Part shown: positions 34,653 through 43,879 of the stretch, piece by piece
How positions within the stretch are numbered: the stretch's first letter is position 1
How the letters are laid out: each line of letters begins with the position of its first letter
Assembly: GCA_021813325.1 (NCBI GenBank)
Contig: JAKALA010000003.1
Coordinates: 61,114 to 125,113, forward strand
Reading direction: 5' to 3'
Length of the DNA stretch: 64,000 nt
Origin: a bacterium
Lineage (GTDB): Bacteria; Verrucomicrobiota; Verrucomicrobiia; Limisphaerales; UBA11358
Notes under the pieces: generated by a model
Seen by the model: only the letters and a program-made list of their open reading frames with translations
Databases searched by the model: none
Told to the model about the DNA's origin: nothing
Translations under genes and position numbers: made by a program

Positions 34653-37600
34653 ATGAGTGTAAGAACAATTCGCCAATTGGGAATACTGGCCGTAGCCGTG
34701 ACGACTTTGGGCGTGGCTTCCCACGTTCAAGCGCAAACCATCCTTTTCTCGGACACCTTTGACCGCGCGAACAGTCTGGTCATCGACGCCACCACCAACG
34801 GCATGAGCGGGCTGGCCGCGCCGATGACCTACTGGGAGTCGGACATGCCGATCCTGGCCAATGATACCTACACTCAGATCAGCGGCAATGCGCTGGACAT
34901 GGCGGTCGGGCCAAATGCCAGCGTGGTGGGCCTCACATCGTATAATTTCACCAACAGCGCCATCTTGGGCGATGGCGGCTTCAGCATTTCAATGGACATC
35001 ACCGATGTGGGAACCTCCATTGATCAAGATCGCTGGTGCGGTTTCGGGATCGGGTTGTCCTACAATGCCATCACCAACTTGAACCTCGATTACAACTCCA
35101 ACAATGGTCCGCGCGGAAAGTGGGATCGCACGCAAACCGGAGTGGCCGACTTTTTTGTGGGTTGGACGCCGAACGTGGACACCGTCGGCTCGGTACAGAT
35201 CTTCACGAGCGGCACCCAGGCGGGAGAGCAGATCCCGCTGACCGGCCTGGGCGGGGCTTCAGGCGGAACCCTCAGGGCCAATTTTTATCCCGCCGACTTC
35301 AATTCCGGTTCGACCGTGGCCGTTGATATTTATTTCAACAACACCTTGATCGCCTCCCGAAATTTCTCCTGGCATCACACGGGTGAAAACTACATTTCTT
35401 TGAGCTGCCGTCAGAATGGCAACGGCATGGTGGTGGATAATTTCCTGATTCAAACCATCACCGTGACCAACGCGCATCCGCAGCTCGTCTGGGTGGGTGA
35501 TGGCAGCGCCAACCAGTGGAACACGAGCAGCCTGAACTGGAGCAACCTGGTTTCGGGCGCGTTGATCAGTTATGCCGACGGCGACAGCGTGACCTTCAAT
35601 GACCTGAGTGCCAACACCACCGTAAACATCCCAGGGACGCTCAATCCGGGAACCGTCACGGTAAACAACAGCACGAAAGATTACACGTTCAGCGGCGGCA
35701 GCCTCGCCGGCACCAACGGCCTGACCAAATCCAGCGCCGGCACCCTGACGCTCAATCAAAACAACACCTTCTCCGGCGGCATCTTGTTGAGCGGCGGCCG
35801 GCTCCGGTTGGGAAATGACGCCGCGCTGGGCAGCGGCCTGCTGACGCTCGGCGGCGGCACCATTACCTCGGACGGTGCGACCGCGCGCACGGTGACCAAC
35901 TCACTGCAGGTGTCCGGCGCCAGCGGCATCGGCGACCTCACGGACAAAGGCGTGCTCACGTTTACCGCCCCGGTGGATTTCACCGGAGCCGGGCGCACGC
36001 TGACGGTCAACAGCGGCGCGATTTTCGCCGGCGGGGCGACCAATGGCCGGGTGGGGATCAAGCAAGGTTCCGGCACCCTGACCATCAAGGGCGCGGCGAA
36101 TTTCAACGGCGCGGCGGACGTGATGGATGGCACCGTGATTTATGACGGCGCGACGGTGACCAATTCCGACCGGTTGATTGCGGATGCCGGCGCGGTCAAT
36201 GGCATCGCGCGGCTGGTCATCACCAACGGCTCCATCGTGACCATCAACACCACCCTGGGCAACCTGCGTTCCGGACGCGTGGCTTCGACCGGCTCGAACT
36301 ATGTGGATCTGGCCGGACTTTATCTGTTGCCCAATGCCGCTGCCGGCAGCGGGAATGCCACGCTGGAACAGGATGCGGCGTATTCGGAAATGACGTTCTG
36401 GCCGGGCGGCGATTTCACCGCAAACAGCGTGACCAATTTCGGCGGGGCGCCGACGGGATCGACCGTGTTCAACTTCAACGGCGGCATTTTGCGGGCGCGG
36501 AGCGACAACCCGCATTTCATGGAGGGGCTTACGTCTGCCTATGTGAAATCCGGCGGCGCGAGGATTGATGACTCGGGTTACGCCATCACAATCAATCAAC
36601 CTTTGTTGGATGGTGGGGGCGGAGGCGGCTTGACCAAATTGGGCGCGGGCACGCTGACCCTCAGCGGTAACTATGGTTTCAGCACCTACACCGGTCCGAC
36701 CGTCGTGAGCAATGGCACTCTGGTGATCAGCACGCTCTCCTTTGGCGGCGGCGGCGCGCTGGTCGTGGCGGACGCGGGCAACCTGGAAATCTCCGATTAC
36801 AGCAGTTCCCTGTCGTCACCCTCGCTGACCTTGGGCGCCAGCGGCGGAGCCTGCGTCACTTTCCATTACCCTTACGGCAACGGCTATGTGCCGCTGCTGA
36901 CGGTAGGCAACTTGACCGTCAATGGCCCAGCATACATTAACATCAGCGGCACCGGGTTTACGCCGGGCCAGTTCCCGCTGATGCAATTCACCAGTGCCAC
37001 CGGCCTGGCCAACATTCAACTGGGAACCGTGCCGCCCGGCGTGACGGCTTCGTTGGTGAAAAATGCCAACTCCATCGATCTCTTAATCACGTCCGTGGTC
37101 AACTCGTTTACCTGGAGCGGCGCCGTGAACAACAATTGGGATACCACGACGCGCAATTGGCTGGATCCCTACGCTTACACCGCGACCAATTACAGTCAGA
37201 CCGGGGATGCGGGCGACGCGGTGACCTTCGACGATACCGCGGCGTTGACGTCCGTGAATCTCACCATGGCCGTGGCGCCGGTTTCTCTGACGTTCAACAA
37301 CAGTTCCTACAACTACACTTTCACCGGCGCGGGCAAAATCACCGGCGTCGGCAAACTGATCCAGAATGGATTTGCCTCCGTGACGCTGGGAACGGTTAAC
37401 GATTACAGCGGCGGAACGGCCTTGAATGCCGGCAACCTGTATGTCGGCGCGGACCAAGCGCTGGGAAGCGGTGAAGTGACCCTTAACTTCGGCACCCTGG
37501 CCAGCGACAGTGTCACGGCCCGAACGCTGTCCAATTCCATTGTCGTGAACGCCGACAGCGGCGTGGTGCTGGGCGACCCGGTAAAAACCGGCACGCTCAA

Positions 37601-40556
37601 TCTGGCCGGCACACTGGACTTGGGCGCCAGCGGCACCCGCACCTTGCAGTTGAACAGCGACGTGGCCATCGCCAGCGCTGGCGTGCTGAATAATGGCGGT
37701 TTCACCAAGAAGACCGGCCCCGGCCGCCTGATCGTCCAGGGCCAGGTCCACCAGTCGGCGCTGGTCAATCAGCAGCAGGGCGACGTGATCATCGATGGCG
37801 GCTGGCTGGAGAGCGGTGACGGCTGGCGCATGCAGGACTTGATCCCCGGCACGGCCCTGCGGTTTGCCCTCACCAACGGCGGCTTGCTCACCTTGACCAA
37901 GGATACCGCCAACTTCAAGGTGGGCTTGGCGGCCGGCGACTTCACGGCCACCAACATTTTGGATGTCGCCGGAACGCTCTCGCTGTATTCCGGCTCCGGC
38001 AATGGACGCGTGGATTTGGGGGCGGATTCGGCCAAGGATGTTCTGATCCTGCGCGCGGGCGGTTTGGTGAGCTGCCGCCGCATCACCAGCACCTCTCCCG
38101 GCATTACGGAAGTGGATCTGGATGGCGGCACGTTGAAGCCCATCGCAGACGACGCGGCCTTCATGCAAGGGCTTACCAATGTCTATGTGCTGAATGGCGG
38201 CGTGACGGTGGATACCACCAACTTCAACATCACCATCGCCCAGTCGCTCCAAGCCAACGGAACCGGCGGCCTGACCAAAGCGGGCAGCGGCACGCTGACC
38301 TTGAGCGGCACCAACACCTACACGGGACCGACGGCGGTGAACGGCGGTCGGTTGGTGCTGACCCCGGCTCACGCGGCCACTGGCGGCCTCACCGTGGCCA
38401 GCAATGCCACGTGTGCCTTCGCTTCGACCACGCCGGGAATAACGGTGAATATTGCCAGCGTCACGGCGGCAAACGGAGCGGCCCTGGAAGCGCAATTCAG
38501 CGGTCTCTCGGGCAATCCGACGGTGCCCGCAGCCTCCGTCGCGAGTCTGATTCTGAACGGCACGGTGGTGGTGAACGTGACGGCGGGCGGCATTTCCGCC
38601 GGGCAGGTCCCGCTCATCGGCTATGGTTCGCTCAGTGGTCCGGGCAGCTTGGTGGTGGGCCAACTGCCGCAAGGAATCGTGGGCACCATTGTCACCAACA
38701 CGGCAGCCAAGACCATTGACCTGGTCGTCAGTTCCGCGGCGCCTCTGGTTTGGAAAGGGTCGGTGAGTGGAAGCTGGGATCTGACGAGCACCAACTGGAG
38801 TTTGTCGGGTTCCCCCGCGCTTTATGGCCAGAGCGACAACGTGCGATTCGACGACACCGCCAGCACGGCCTTTGTGACCCTGGCCACGGCATTGACGCCC
38901 GGGAGCGTCACGGTCAGCAACTCGGCTCTGCCTTACCGGTTTGGATATACCGGAGCCGGCGCTCTTGGTGGCAGCATGAGCCTGCTTAAACAGGGCACGA
39001 ACACTCTGACGCTTAGTGCGCCCAATACCTTTCTAGGTGACGTCAGCGTCGAGGCCGGCACTTTGATCGCCGGAAATGCAACGGCGCTTGGCTCTGACAG
39101 CGGCGTCACTACCGTGGCCAATGGGGCGACCATTGACATCGGCGGTCAGAACCTCGGCACGGAACACATCATTGTCGGCGGTGCCGGCGTGGGCGGATCC
39201 GGTGCGCTCATCAGCAGTGGGGGCGACCAGAACGACGCGCTTCGCAACGTGACCTTGACTGGTGATGCCGTGATTGGCGGTGCGTCCACGATCGGATTGC
39301 GCACGGGCGCCGACAGCGATCTTGGCTTGGCGGCGAATGGTCACAAGCTGACCAAGATCGGAACGGGCAGCCTCAACCTGAACGGCGGCAAAACGGTGGC
39401 CGGTCTGGTGAACACCTGGTTCACGGACATCGGCGACATCAATATTCAACAGGGAACGCTGTCGTTCCAGCGCCGGGCGGCTCTGGGCAATCCCACCAAT
39501 ACCATCACGGTCATGGCGGGCGCGGCCCTGGATTTGTTCAGCGTGAACAATGATCTGCCCGGGCCGACGAATTCGATCGTCCTGAATAACGCCGCGTTGG
39601 AGGGCACGGGCGTGCTCGGTGACACGAATATCCTGGGCGGCAAAATCACGGTCAACGGTCCCAGCAACAACGTCAACGTCGTGCAGTGGGTTGGGACGAC
39701 GGGGCCGACCTTGCTGTATCTCAACGGTCCGATTGCCGGGGCGGGTGGAATCCGTTTTGACGGTTCACCGAACAACGGCGTGATTCAACTGGCCAATACC
39801 AACACCTACTCGGGCGACACCGAAGTCTCCCAGGGCACGTTGCGACTGACGGCGAGCGGCGCTCTTTCGGGAACGCCCCACATCATAATTGACTCGAACG
39901 CCACTTTGGATGTTTTGCTCGTCTCGCCATTCACTTTGGGAGCGGGGCAGACGCTGGCCGGATCGGGCACGGTGCAGGGCAGTGTGACGACCGCTGGCGG
40001 TATCGCCCCCGGAACTTTCCTAGGCACGCTGACGGTGAATGGCGATCTGACCTTCTCCGGCAATCTCGCGATTGATATTGATAAATCCCAGGCCCAATCC
40101 AATGACATCATTGCCGTCAGCGGCAGCGTGGTGAACTCCGGTTCCGGCACGGTGAACGTCGCCAATCTTGGCGCTGGTTCGCTGGCGGTGGGCGACCGGT
40201 TTGTGCTGTTTCCCGGCAAAACCGTCGCGGGCGGGAATGCGCTGAACATCACCGGCGCTTCCGCGACGTGGACCAACAAACTGGCGTTCGATGGCAGCAT
40301 CGAAGTGCTGACGGTTGGTTCAATTGCCACCAATCCGACGAACCTCACGTTCAGCGCCAGTGGCGGCAGCCTGAACCTCTCGTGGCCGGCAGACCATCTG
40401 GGCTGGCACTTGGAGGTGCAGACCAATTCGATTAGCGCGGGCCTGTGGCCCGGCGGTTGGGTCACCGTGCCGGGTTCCGATGCGGTCACGAGCAAGAGCA
40501 TTCCGATTGACCCGGCGAATCCCACGGTGTTCTACCGTCTGGTTTCTCCGCAATAA
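34653..40556 (+). CDS. Giant secreted autotransporter-associated beta-strand repeat (PATR) protein, with an N-terminal LamG-like module and a C-terminal beta-sandwich ending FYRL
   Basis: Signal peptide ...GVASHVQAQ. The LamG-like module spans 34737-35456. There are many PATR units (GTLTLSGNNTYTGPT.V..GTLV-type). The C-terminus is LNLSWPADHLGWHLEVQ...TVFYRLVSPQ. Confidence 0.9.
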   Translation: MSVRTIRQLGILAVAVTTLGVASHVQAQTILFSDTFDRANSLVIDATTNGMSGLAAPMTYWESDMPILANDTYTQISGNALDMAVGPNASVVGLTSYNFTNSAILGDGGFSISMDITDVGTSIDQDRWCGFGIGLSYNAITNLNLDYNSNNGPRGKWDRTQTGVADFFVGWTPNVDTVGSVQIFTSGTQAGEQIPLTGLGGASGGTLRANFYPADFNSGSTVAVDIYFNNTLIASRNFSWHHTGENYISLSCRQNGNGMVVDNFLIQTITVTNAHPQLVWVGDGSANQWNTSSLNWSNLVSGALISYADGDSVTFNDLSANTTVNIPGTLNPGTVTVNNSTKDYTFSGGSLAGTNGLTKSSAGTLTLNQNNTFSGGILLSGGRLRLGNDAALGSGLLTLGGGTITSDGATARTVTNSLQVSGASGIGDLTDKGVLTFTAPVDFTGAGRTLTVNSGAIFAGGATNGRVGIKQGSGTLTIKGAANFNGAADVMDGTVIYDGATVTNSDRLIADAGAVNGIARLVITNGSIVTINTTLGNLRSGRVASTGSNYVDLAGLYLLPNAAAGSGNATLEQDAAYSEMTFWPGGDFTANSVTNFGGAPTGSTVFNFNGGILRARSDNPHFMEGLTSAYVKSGGARIDDSGYAITINQPLLDGGGGGGLTKLGAGTLTLSGNYGFSTYTGPTVVSNGTLVISTLSFGGGGALVVADAGNLEISDYSSSLSSPSLTLGASGGACVTFHYPYGNGYVPLLTVGNLTVNGPAYINISGTGFTPGQFPLMQFTSATGLANIQLGTVPPGVTASLVKNANSIDLLITSVVNSFTWSGAVNNNWDTTTRNWLDPYAYTATNYSQTGDAGDAVTFDDTAALTSVNLTMAVAPVSLTFNNSSYNYTFTGAGKITGVGKLIQNGFASVTLGTVNDYSGGTALNAGNLYVGADQALGSGEVTLNFGTLASDSVTARTLSNSIVVNADSGVVLGDPVKTGTLNLAGTLDLGASGTRTLQLNSDVAIASAGVLNNGGFTKKTGPGRLIVQGQVHQSALVNQQQGDVIIDGGWLESGDGWRMQDLIPGTALRFALTNGGLLTLTKDTANFKVGLAAGDFTATNILDVAGTLSLYSGSGNGRVDLGADSAKDVLILRAGGLVSCRRITSTSPGITEVDLDGGTLKPIADDAAFMQGLTNVYVLNGGVTVDTTNFNITIAQSLQANGTGGLTKAGSGTLTLSGTNTYTGPTAVNGGRLVLTPAHAATGGLTVASNATCAFASTTPGITVNIASVTAANGAALEAQFSGLSGNPTVPAASVASLILNGTVVVNVTAGGISAGQVPLIGYGSLSGPGSLVVGQLPQGIVGTIVTNTAAKTIDLVVSSAAPLVWKGSVSGSWDLTSTNWSLSGSPALYGQSDNVRFDDTASTAFVTLATALTPGSVTVSNSALPYRFGYTGAGALGGSMSLLKQGTNTLTLSAPNTFLGDVSVEAGTLIAGNATALGSDSGVTTVANGATIDIGGQNLGTEHIIVGGAGVGGSGALISSGGDQNDALRNVTLTGDAVIGGASTIGLRTGADSDLGLAANGHKLTKIGTGSLNLNGGKTVAGLVNTWFTDIGDINIQQGTLSFQRRAALGNPTNTITVMAGAALDLFSVNNDLPGPTNSIVLNNAALEGTGVLGDTNILGGKITVNGPSNNVNVVQWVGTTGPTLLYLNGPIAGAGGIRFDGSPNNGVIQLANTNTYSGDTEVSQGTLRLTASGALSGTPHIIIDSNATLDVLLVSPFTLGAGQTLAGSGTVQGSVTTAGGIAPGTFLGTLTVNGDLTFSGNLAIDIDKSQAQSNDIIAVSGSVVNSGSGTVNVANLGAGSLAVGDRFVLFPGKTVAGGNALNITGASATWTNKLAFDGSIEVLTVGSIATNPTNLTFSASGGSLNLSWPADHLGWHLEVQTNSISAGLWPGGWVTVPGSDAVTSKSIPIDPANPTVFYRLVSPQ

Positions 40557-40585
40557 CGGGCTGAGGTTAATCTGTCCGTTTCACC

Positions 40586-40612
40586 GGAGCGCAGTCGATT
40601 AGGCTGCGCTCC
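40586..40612. terminator. Stem-loop between the convergent giant gene and the RR gene (9-bp perfect stem)
   Basis: GGAGCGCAG tcgattagg CTGCGCTCC, followed by GTGTCGTTTGT. Confidence 0.55.
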
Positions 40613-40758
40613 GTGTCGTTTGTAACGCCGATTGCTGGCTGAAAACCTCAGGATGGAGAAACACTAATCACACACCGAATTTGACCCTGGGCCAAACCAA
40701 CTCGTGAGTGCCGCCTTGGGAGTGAATTGACTGAATGGCCGGGCTGGCCGGCTTCGAC

Positions 40759-41379
40759 TTACTTCAGGAATTTGACCACGGCCTCGGTGCGAGAGCGAAC
40801 GTGGAGCTTTTCGTAGATGTGGCGCAGATGCGTGCGGACGGTGGGCACGCCGATGTTCATTTTGTCGGCAATTTCCTTGTTGGCGAATCCTTTGGAGAGA
40901 AAGGAGAGAATTTCATTTTCCCGATCCGTGAGCGCCACGGCTTCACTGCTCTGCGCCGGTTCGTGGAACGAAAGCACCACTCTTCGAGCAATCTGGCTGC
41001 TCATCGGGGCACCCCCTTCGCGCGCGTCCCTGATGGCGGTCAGCACTTCGTCCGGTTCGGCCCGCTTCAGCAAATAACCATTGGCGCCGGCTTTGAGGGC
41101 GCGGAAAATGTGCTCACTATCCTCATAGACCGTCAGCACGATGATTGGAGTGTCCGGCAGCAGTTCCTTGAGCCGGCGGATGCAGTCAACGCCGGACATT
41201 TGCGGCAGATTCAAATCCATGAGGACCACGGCGGGCTTTTGGCGGGGCAGTTCCACCAACGCCTCCTCGCCCGTGGCGCACTCGGCGACACAGCGAAATC
41301 CACGCGTTTCGCTGATGATCCGGGCCAGTGTCTTTCGCAACACGGCGTCATCTTCCACGATGCCAACATTGGTGATCAT
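40759..41379 (-). CDS. NarL/LuxR-family response regulator
   Basis: Receiver domain (IVEDD...VVLMDLNLPQMSG...K) plus a LuxR HTH (LTDRENEILSFLSKGFANKEIADKMNIGVPTVRTHLRHIYEKL). Confidence 0.93.
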   Translation of the reverse strand: MITNVGIVEDDAVLRKTLARIISETRGFRCVAECATGEEALVELPRQKPAVVLMDLNLPQMSGVDCIRRLKELLPDTPIIVLTVYEDSEHIFRALKAGANGYLLKRAEPDEVLTAIRDAREGGAPMSSQIARRVVLSFHEPAQSSEAVALTDRENEILSFLSKGFANKEIADKMNIGVPTVRTHLRHIYEKLHVRSRTEAVVKFLK

Positions 41380-41614
41380 TTCCGCCCGAATTTAACGGGT
41401 TTTTGGGCGGTTCGGCCAACAAAAAAGCCCGTATTGGGCGAATGTTTTTGAATTCAATGGCGTCCAGGCAGAGGCCGGTTTTCCCGCCCCGTCCCGCCTT
41501 TCCTCGAAGGTGCTGGGTTCATTCGTGCGAACACGCCACTAATCATTGGCGTGTCCGCTGTTTTAGTGGTTTAATCCGCTCGACAAACTGGTTGCCAGGA
41601 TAAGTTTAATTACC

Positions 41615-42664
41615 GTGAAATTTTTTTATTTACTGTCGGTCTTTGTTTGGACTCTGATGTCAAACGGGTTTACTGGCGAGGCGGCCTCGTTGCAGTTGCC
41701 GGAGATGCCCTTGCACGATCCCTTCATGCTCGCGTATCAACCGACGCATACTTATTACCTCTACACCGCCAATCACGGGCGGTTGAGCGGCACCGAAGGC
41801 GTCGGGACGATGGTTTACAAATCGCCGGACCTTTTACATTGGACCGCGCCAAAAGCGGTGTTTTTGGTGCCGACCAATGCCATTGCACAGAAAGGCGGCT
41901 GGGCGCCGGAGGTGCATGAATATCGCGGTCGCTTTTATCTTTTCACGACTTTGCATGACGAGAGTAAATTGCTGGAACCGCAACCGAAGTTCTGGCATCA
42001 GACTTATCTGCGCGGAACGTTCGCGGCGGTGAGTGATTCGCCGGATGGTCCGTTCCACCTGCTCGATCCGCAGCATCCGGTGCCGCCGGCGGATTTCATG
42101 ACGCTGGATGGCACGCTTTACGTGGACCCCGCCGGGCAGCCTTGGATGGTCTATGCCCATGAATGGCTGCAGAAAATTGACGGCACCATGGAGGCTGTGC
42201 CGCTGAAGTTGGATTTGTCGTCGGCTTCCGGTCCGCCCATTCATTTGTTCAAAGGTTCGGACGCGCCGTGGCTGAATGCCGCCATTCATCCGGATGCGGG
42301 CCAGTTGAGTTATGTCACCGATGGACCGGAACTTTACCAGACACGTGATGGTCATTTGCTCATGCTCTGGTCCAGCTACGAAAATGGCTCTTACGTTCAG
42401 ACGGTGGCGCGGTCCGCGAGTGGAAAACTGGCCGGGCCTTGGCAACAACTGGCGCCGTTGGTCAAGGGCGACTCCGGTCACGGCATGTTGTTTCGCACGT
42501 TTGACGGACAGTTGATGCTGATCTTGCATCGGCCTTTCAACAATGCGCGCGGCAAACTTTATGAAACGGCGGACCGGGGGGATCATCTGGAAGTCCTTCG
42601 CGAACGGACGGATTTGGATGCTCCGCCAAGCACTCACCTGCCCGAATCCAAGCAAGCCAACTGA
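41615..42664 (+). CDS. Glycoside hydrolase family 43 protein (GTG start)
   Basis: A signal peptide, LHDPFM (catalytic-base context) and WAPEVHEYRGRFYLFTT, in a five-bladed-propeller pattern. Confidence 0.8.
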   Translation: MKFFYLLSVFVWTLMSNGFTGEAASLQLPEMPLHDPFMLAYQPTHTYYLYTANHGRLSGTEGVGTMVYKSPDLLHWTAPKAVFLVPTNAIAQKGGWAPEVHEYRGRFYLFTTLHDESKLLEPQPKFWHQTYLRGTFAAVSDSPDGPFHLLDPQHPVPPADFMTLDGTLYVDPAGQPWMVYAHEWLQKIDGTMEAVPLKLDLSSASGPPIHLFKGSDAPWLNAAIHPDAGQLSYVTDGPELYQTRDGHLLMLWSSYENGSYVQTVARSASGKLAGPWQQLAPLVKGDSGHGMLFRTFDGQLMLILHRPFNNARGKLYETADRGDHLEVLRERTDLDAPPSTHLPESKQAN

Positions 42665-42822
42665 AAACCAGGAAAACGGTTTAGCCACGCTGGCCGACTC
42701 TTCAGCCATGAAAGGCGGAATCTAAAGCGTTCACTTTATCCATTACGTTCCAAGTGATCGAACGATTAACCGAGAGTTCTCGCCCCGGGCACGGGGGCGC
42801 CAAGCGAGTTTTCACGACGAAC

Positions 42823-43044
42823 TTATTTCAAGCGCCAGGTGATCCGCCCCTTGTTCAAATCGTAGGGTGACATTTCCATTTTCACGCGATCTCCGGCAGT
42901 GAGTCGCACCCAACGTTTGCGCATTTTGCCGCAAATGGTGGCCAGCACCAAATGCTTGTTGTCCAGTTCAACCCGATACATGGTGCCGGGCAGCACCGTG
43001 GTAATCCGGCCTTCGACTTCGATATGGCTTTCTTTTTCGGTCAT
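42823..43044 (-). CDS. infA: Translation initiation factor IF-1
   Basis: IEVEGRITTVLPGTMYRVELDNKHLVLATICGKMRKRWVRLTAGDRVKMEMSPYDLNKGRITWR is the canonical S1-like IF-1 sequence. Confidence 0.97.
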   Translation of the reverse strand: MTEKESHIEVEGRITTVLPGTMYRVELDNKHLVLATICGKMRKRWVRLTAGDRVKMEMSPYDLNKGRITWRLK

Positions 43045-43063
43045 AAGTTAAGGGCGGAAAAGA

Positions 43064-43100
43064 AGACGGCGGCGTCCGGTTTGCCCGAACCCCGCCGTCT
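43064..43100 (-). terminator. Rho-independent-type terminator after the RRM protein gene
   Basis: On the minus strand, AGACGGCGG ... CCGCCGTCT (9-bp stem) is followed by TCTTTTCC. Confidence 0.6.
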
Positions 43101-43123
43101 GGATTTCCGTGCAAAGGATCGGA

Positions 43124-43426
43124 TCAATAACGGTTGCGTCCGCCACCGAACTCACGACGACCGCCGGCCGGGCGTTCTTCGCGCGGGCGGGCGACATTGA
43201 CGGTGATGGCGCGTCCGCCGAAGTTCTGGCCGTTGAGGCCGGCGATGGCGGCTTGCGCTTCTTCGGCGGTGGCCATGGTGACAAAACCGAAGCCGCGCGG
43301 GCGGTTGGTCATGCGGTCCATCATCAAATTGGCTTCGGTGACCGTGCCATACGCCGCAAAGGCGTCTTGGAGATCGTTTTCGGTGGTTTGGAACGAAAGG
43401 TTGCCAACGAATAATTTATTGCTCAT
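43124..43426 (-). CDS. RNA-binding protein with an RRM domain and a Gly/Arg tail
   Basis: RNP2 KLFVGNLSF, RNP1 RGFGFVTM and a C-terminal RGG-like tail. Confidence 0.95.
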   Translation of the reverse strand: MSNKLFVGNLSFQTTENDLQDAFAAYGTVTEANLMMDRMTNRPRGFGFVTMATAEEAQAAIAGLNGQNFGGRAITVNVARPREERPAGGRREFGGGRNRY

Positions 43427-43538
43427 GTGATTATTTACTGTCCTAGACTGAACTGACTTTACCGAGACTGTTTCCGGAAATCGGATTTCAAATCATCACT
43501 GAAGCAAGTTCACCTGAATGATTTACCATGCCTGAAAG

Positions 43539-43796
43539 CTAGAATGATCTACTAGACCTTTCAATACTGGCAAGCATCGCCTGAATAGCAATCTTTAAAC
43601 TGGATTTTTTTGTGGTGAAATCTTCCCCATCGATAACCGGATTGGGGGGCGGGCTGTAGGGATATCCAGGTTTCAACCTGAAAGTAAAACGCCGGACCGC
43701 CGAAAGATTATCTGCAATTCCAATCGGATGCGCCTTGCTCTCGCCTTCGCCGCAACTTACGATGGCAGCGATTTCGTAGGACTTTCCAGCCGGCAT
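43539..43796 (-). CDS. Hypothetical small protein (85 aa)
   Basis: The ORF has ordinary composition in a lower-GC stretch. No homology was recognised. Confidence 0.35.
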   Translation of the reverse strand: MPAGKSYEIAAIVSCGEGESKAHPIGIADNLSAVRRFTFRLKPGYPYSPPPNPVIDGEDFTTKKSSLKIAIQAMLASIERSSRSF

Positions 43797-43879
43797 GACG
43801 TTTCATTGCCTTGACTTGTCTGCCCTGATCGCGACTTGCGAGAACCTCATTTGAGGATGAAAATCAGCGGCAGACCATT

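Noticed and set aside
37083-38672. A 529-aa minus-strand ORF inside the giant PATR gene. Similar ORFs lie at 35901-36599, 39806-40525 and 35259-35759.
   Set aside because: They are antisense to a continuous 1,967-codon ORF with repeated PATR units. They are Arg/Gly/Ala-rich artefacts.
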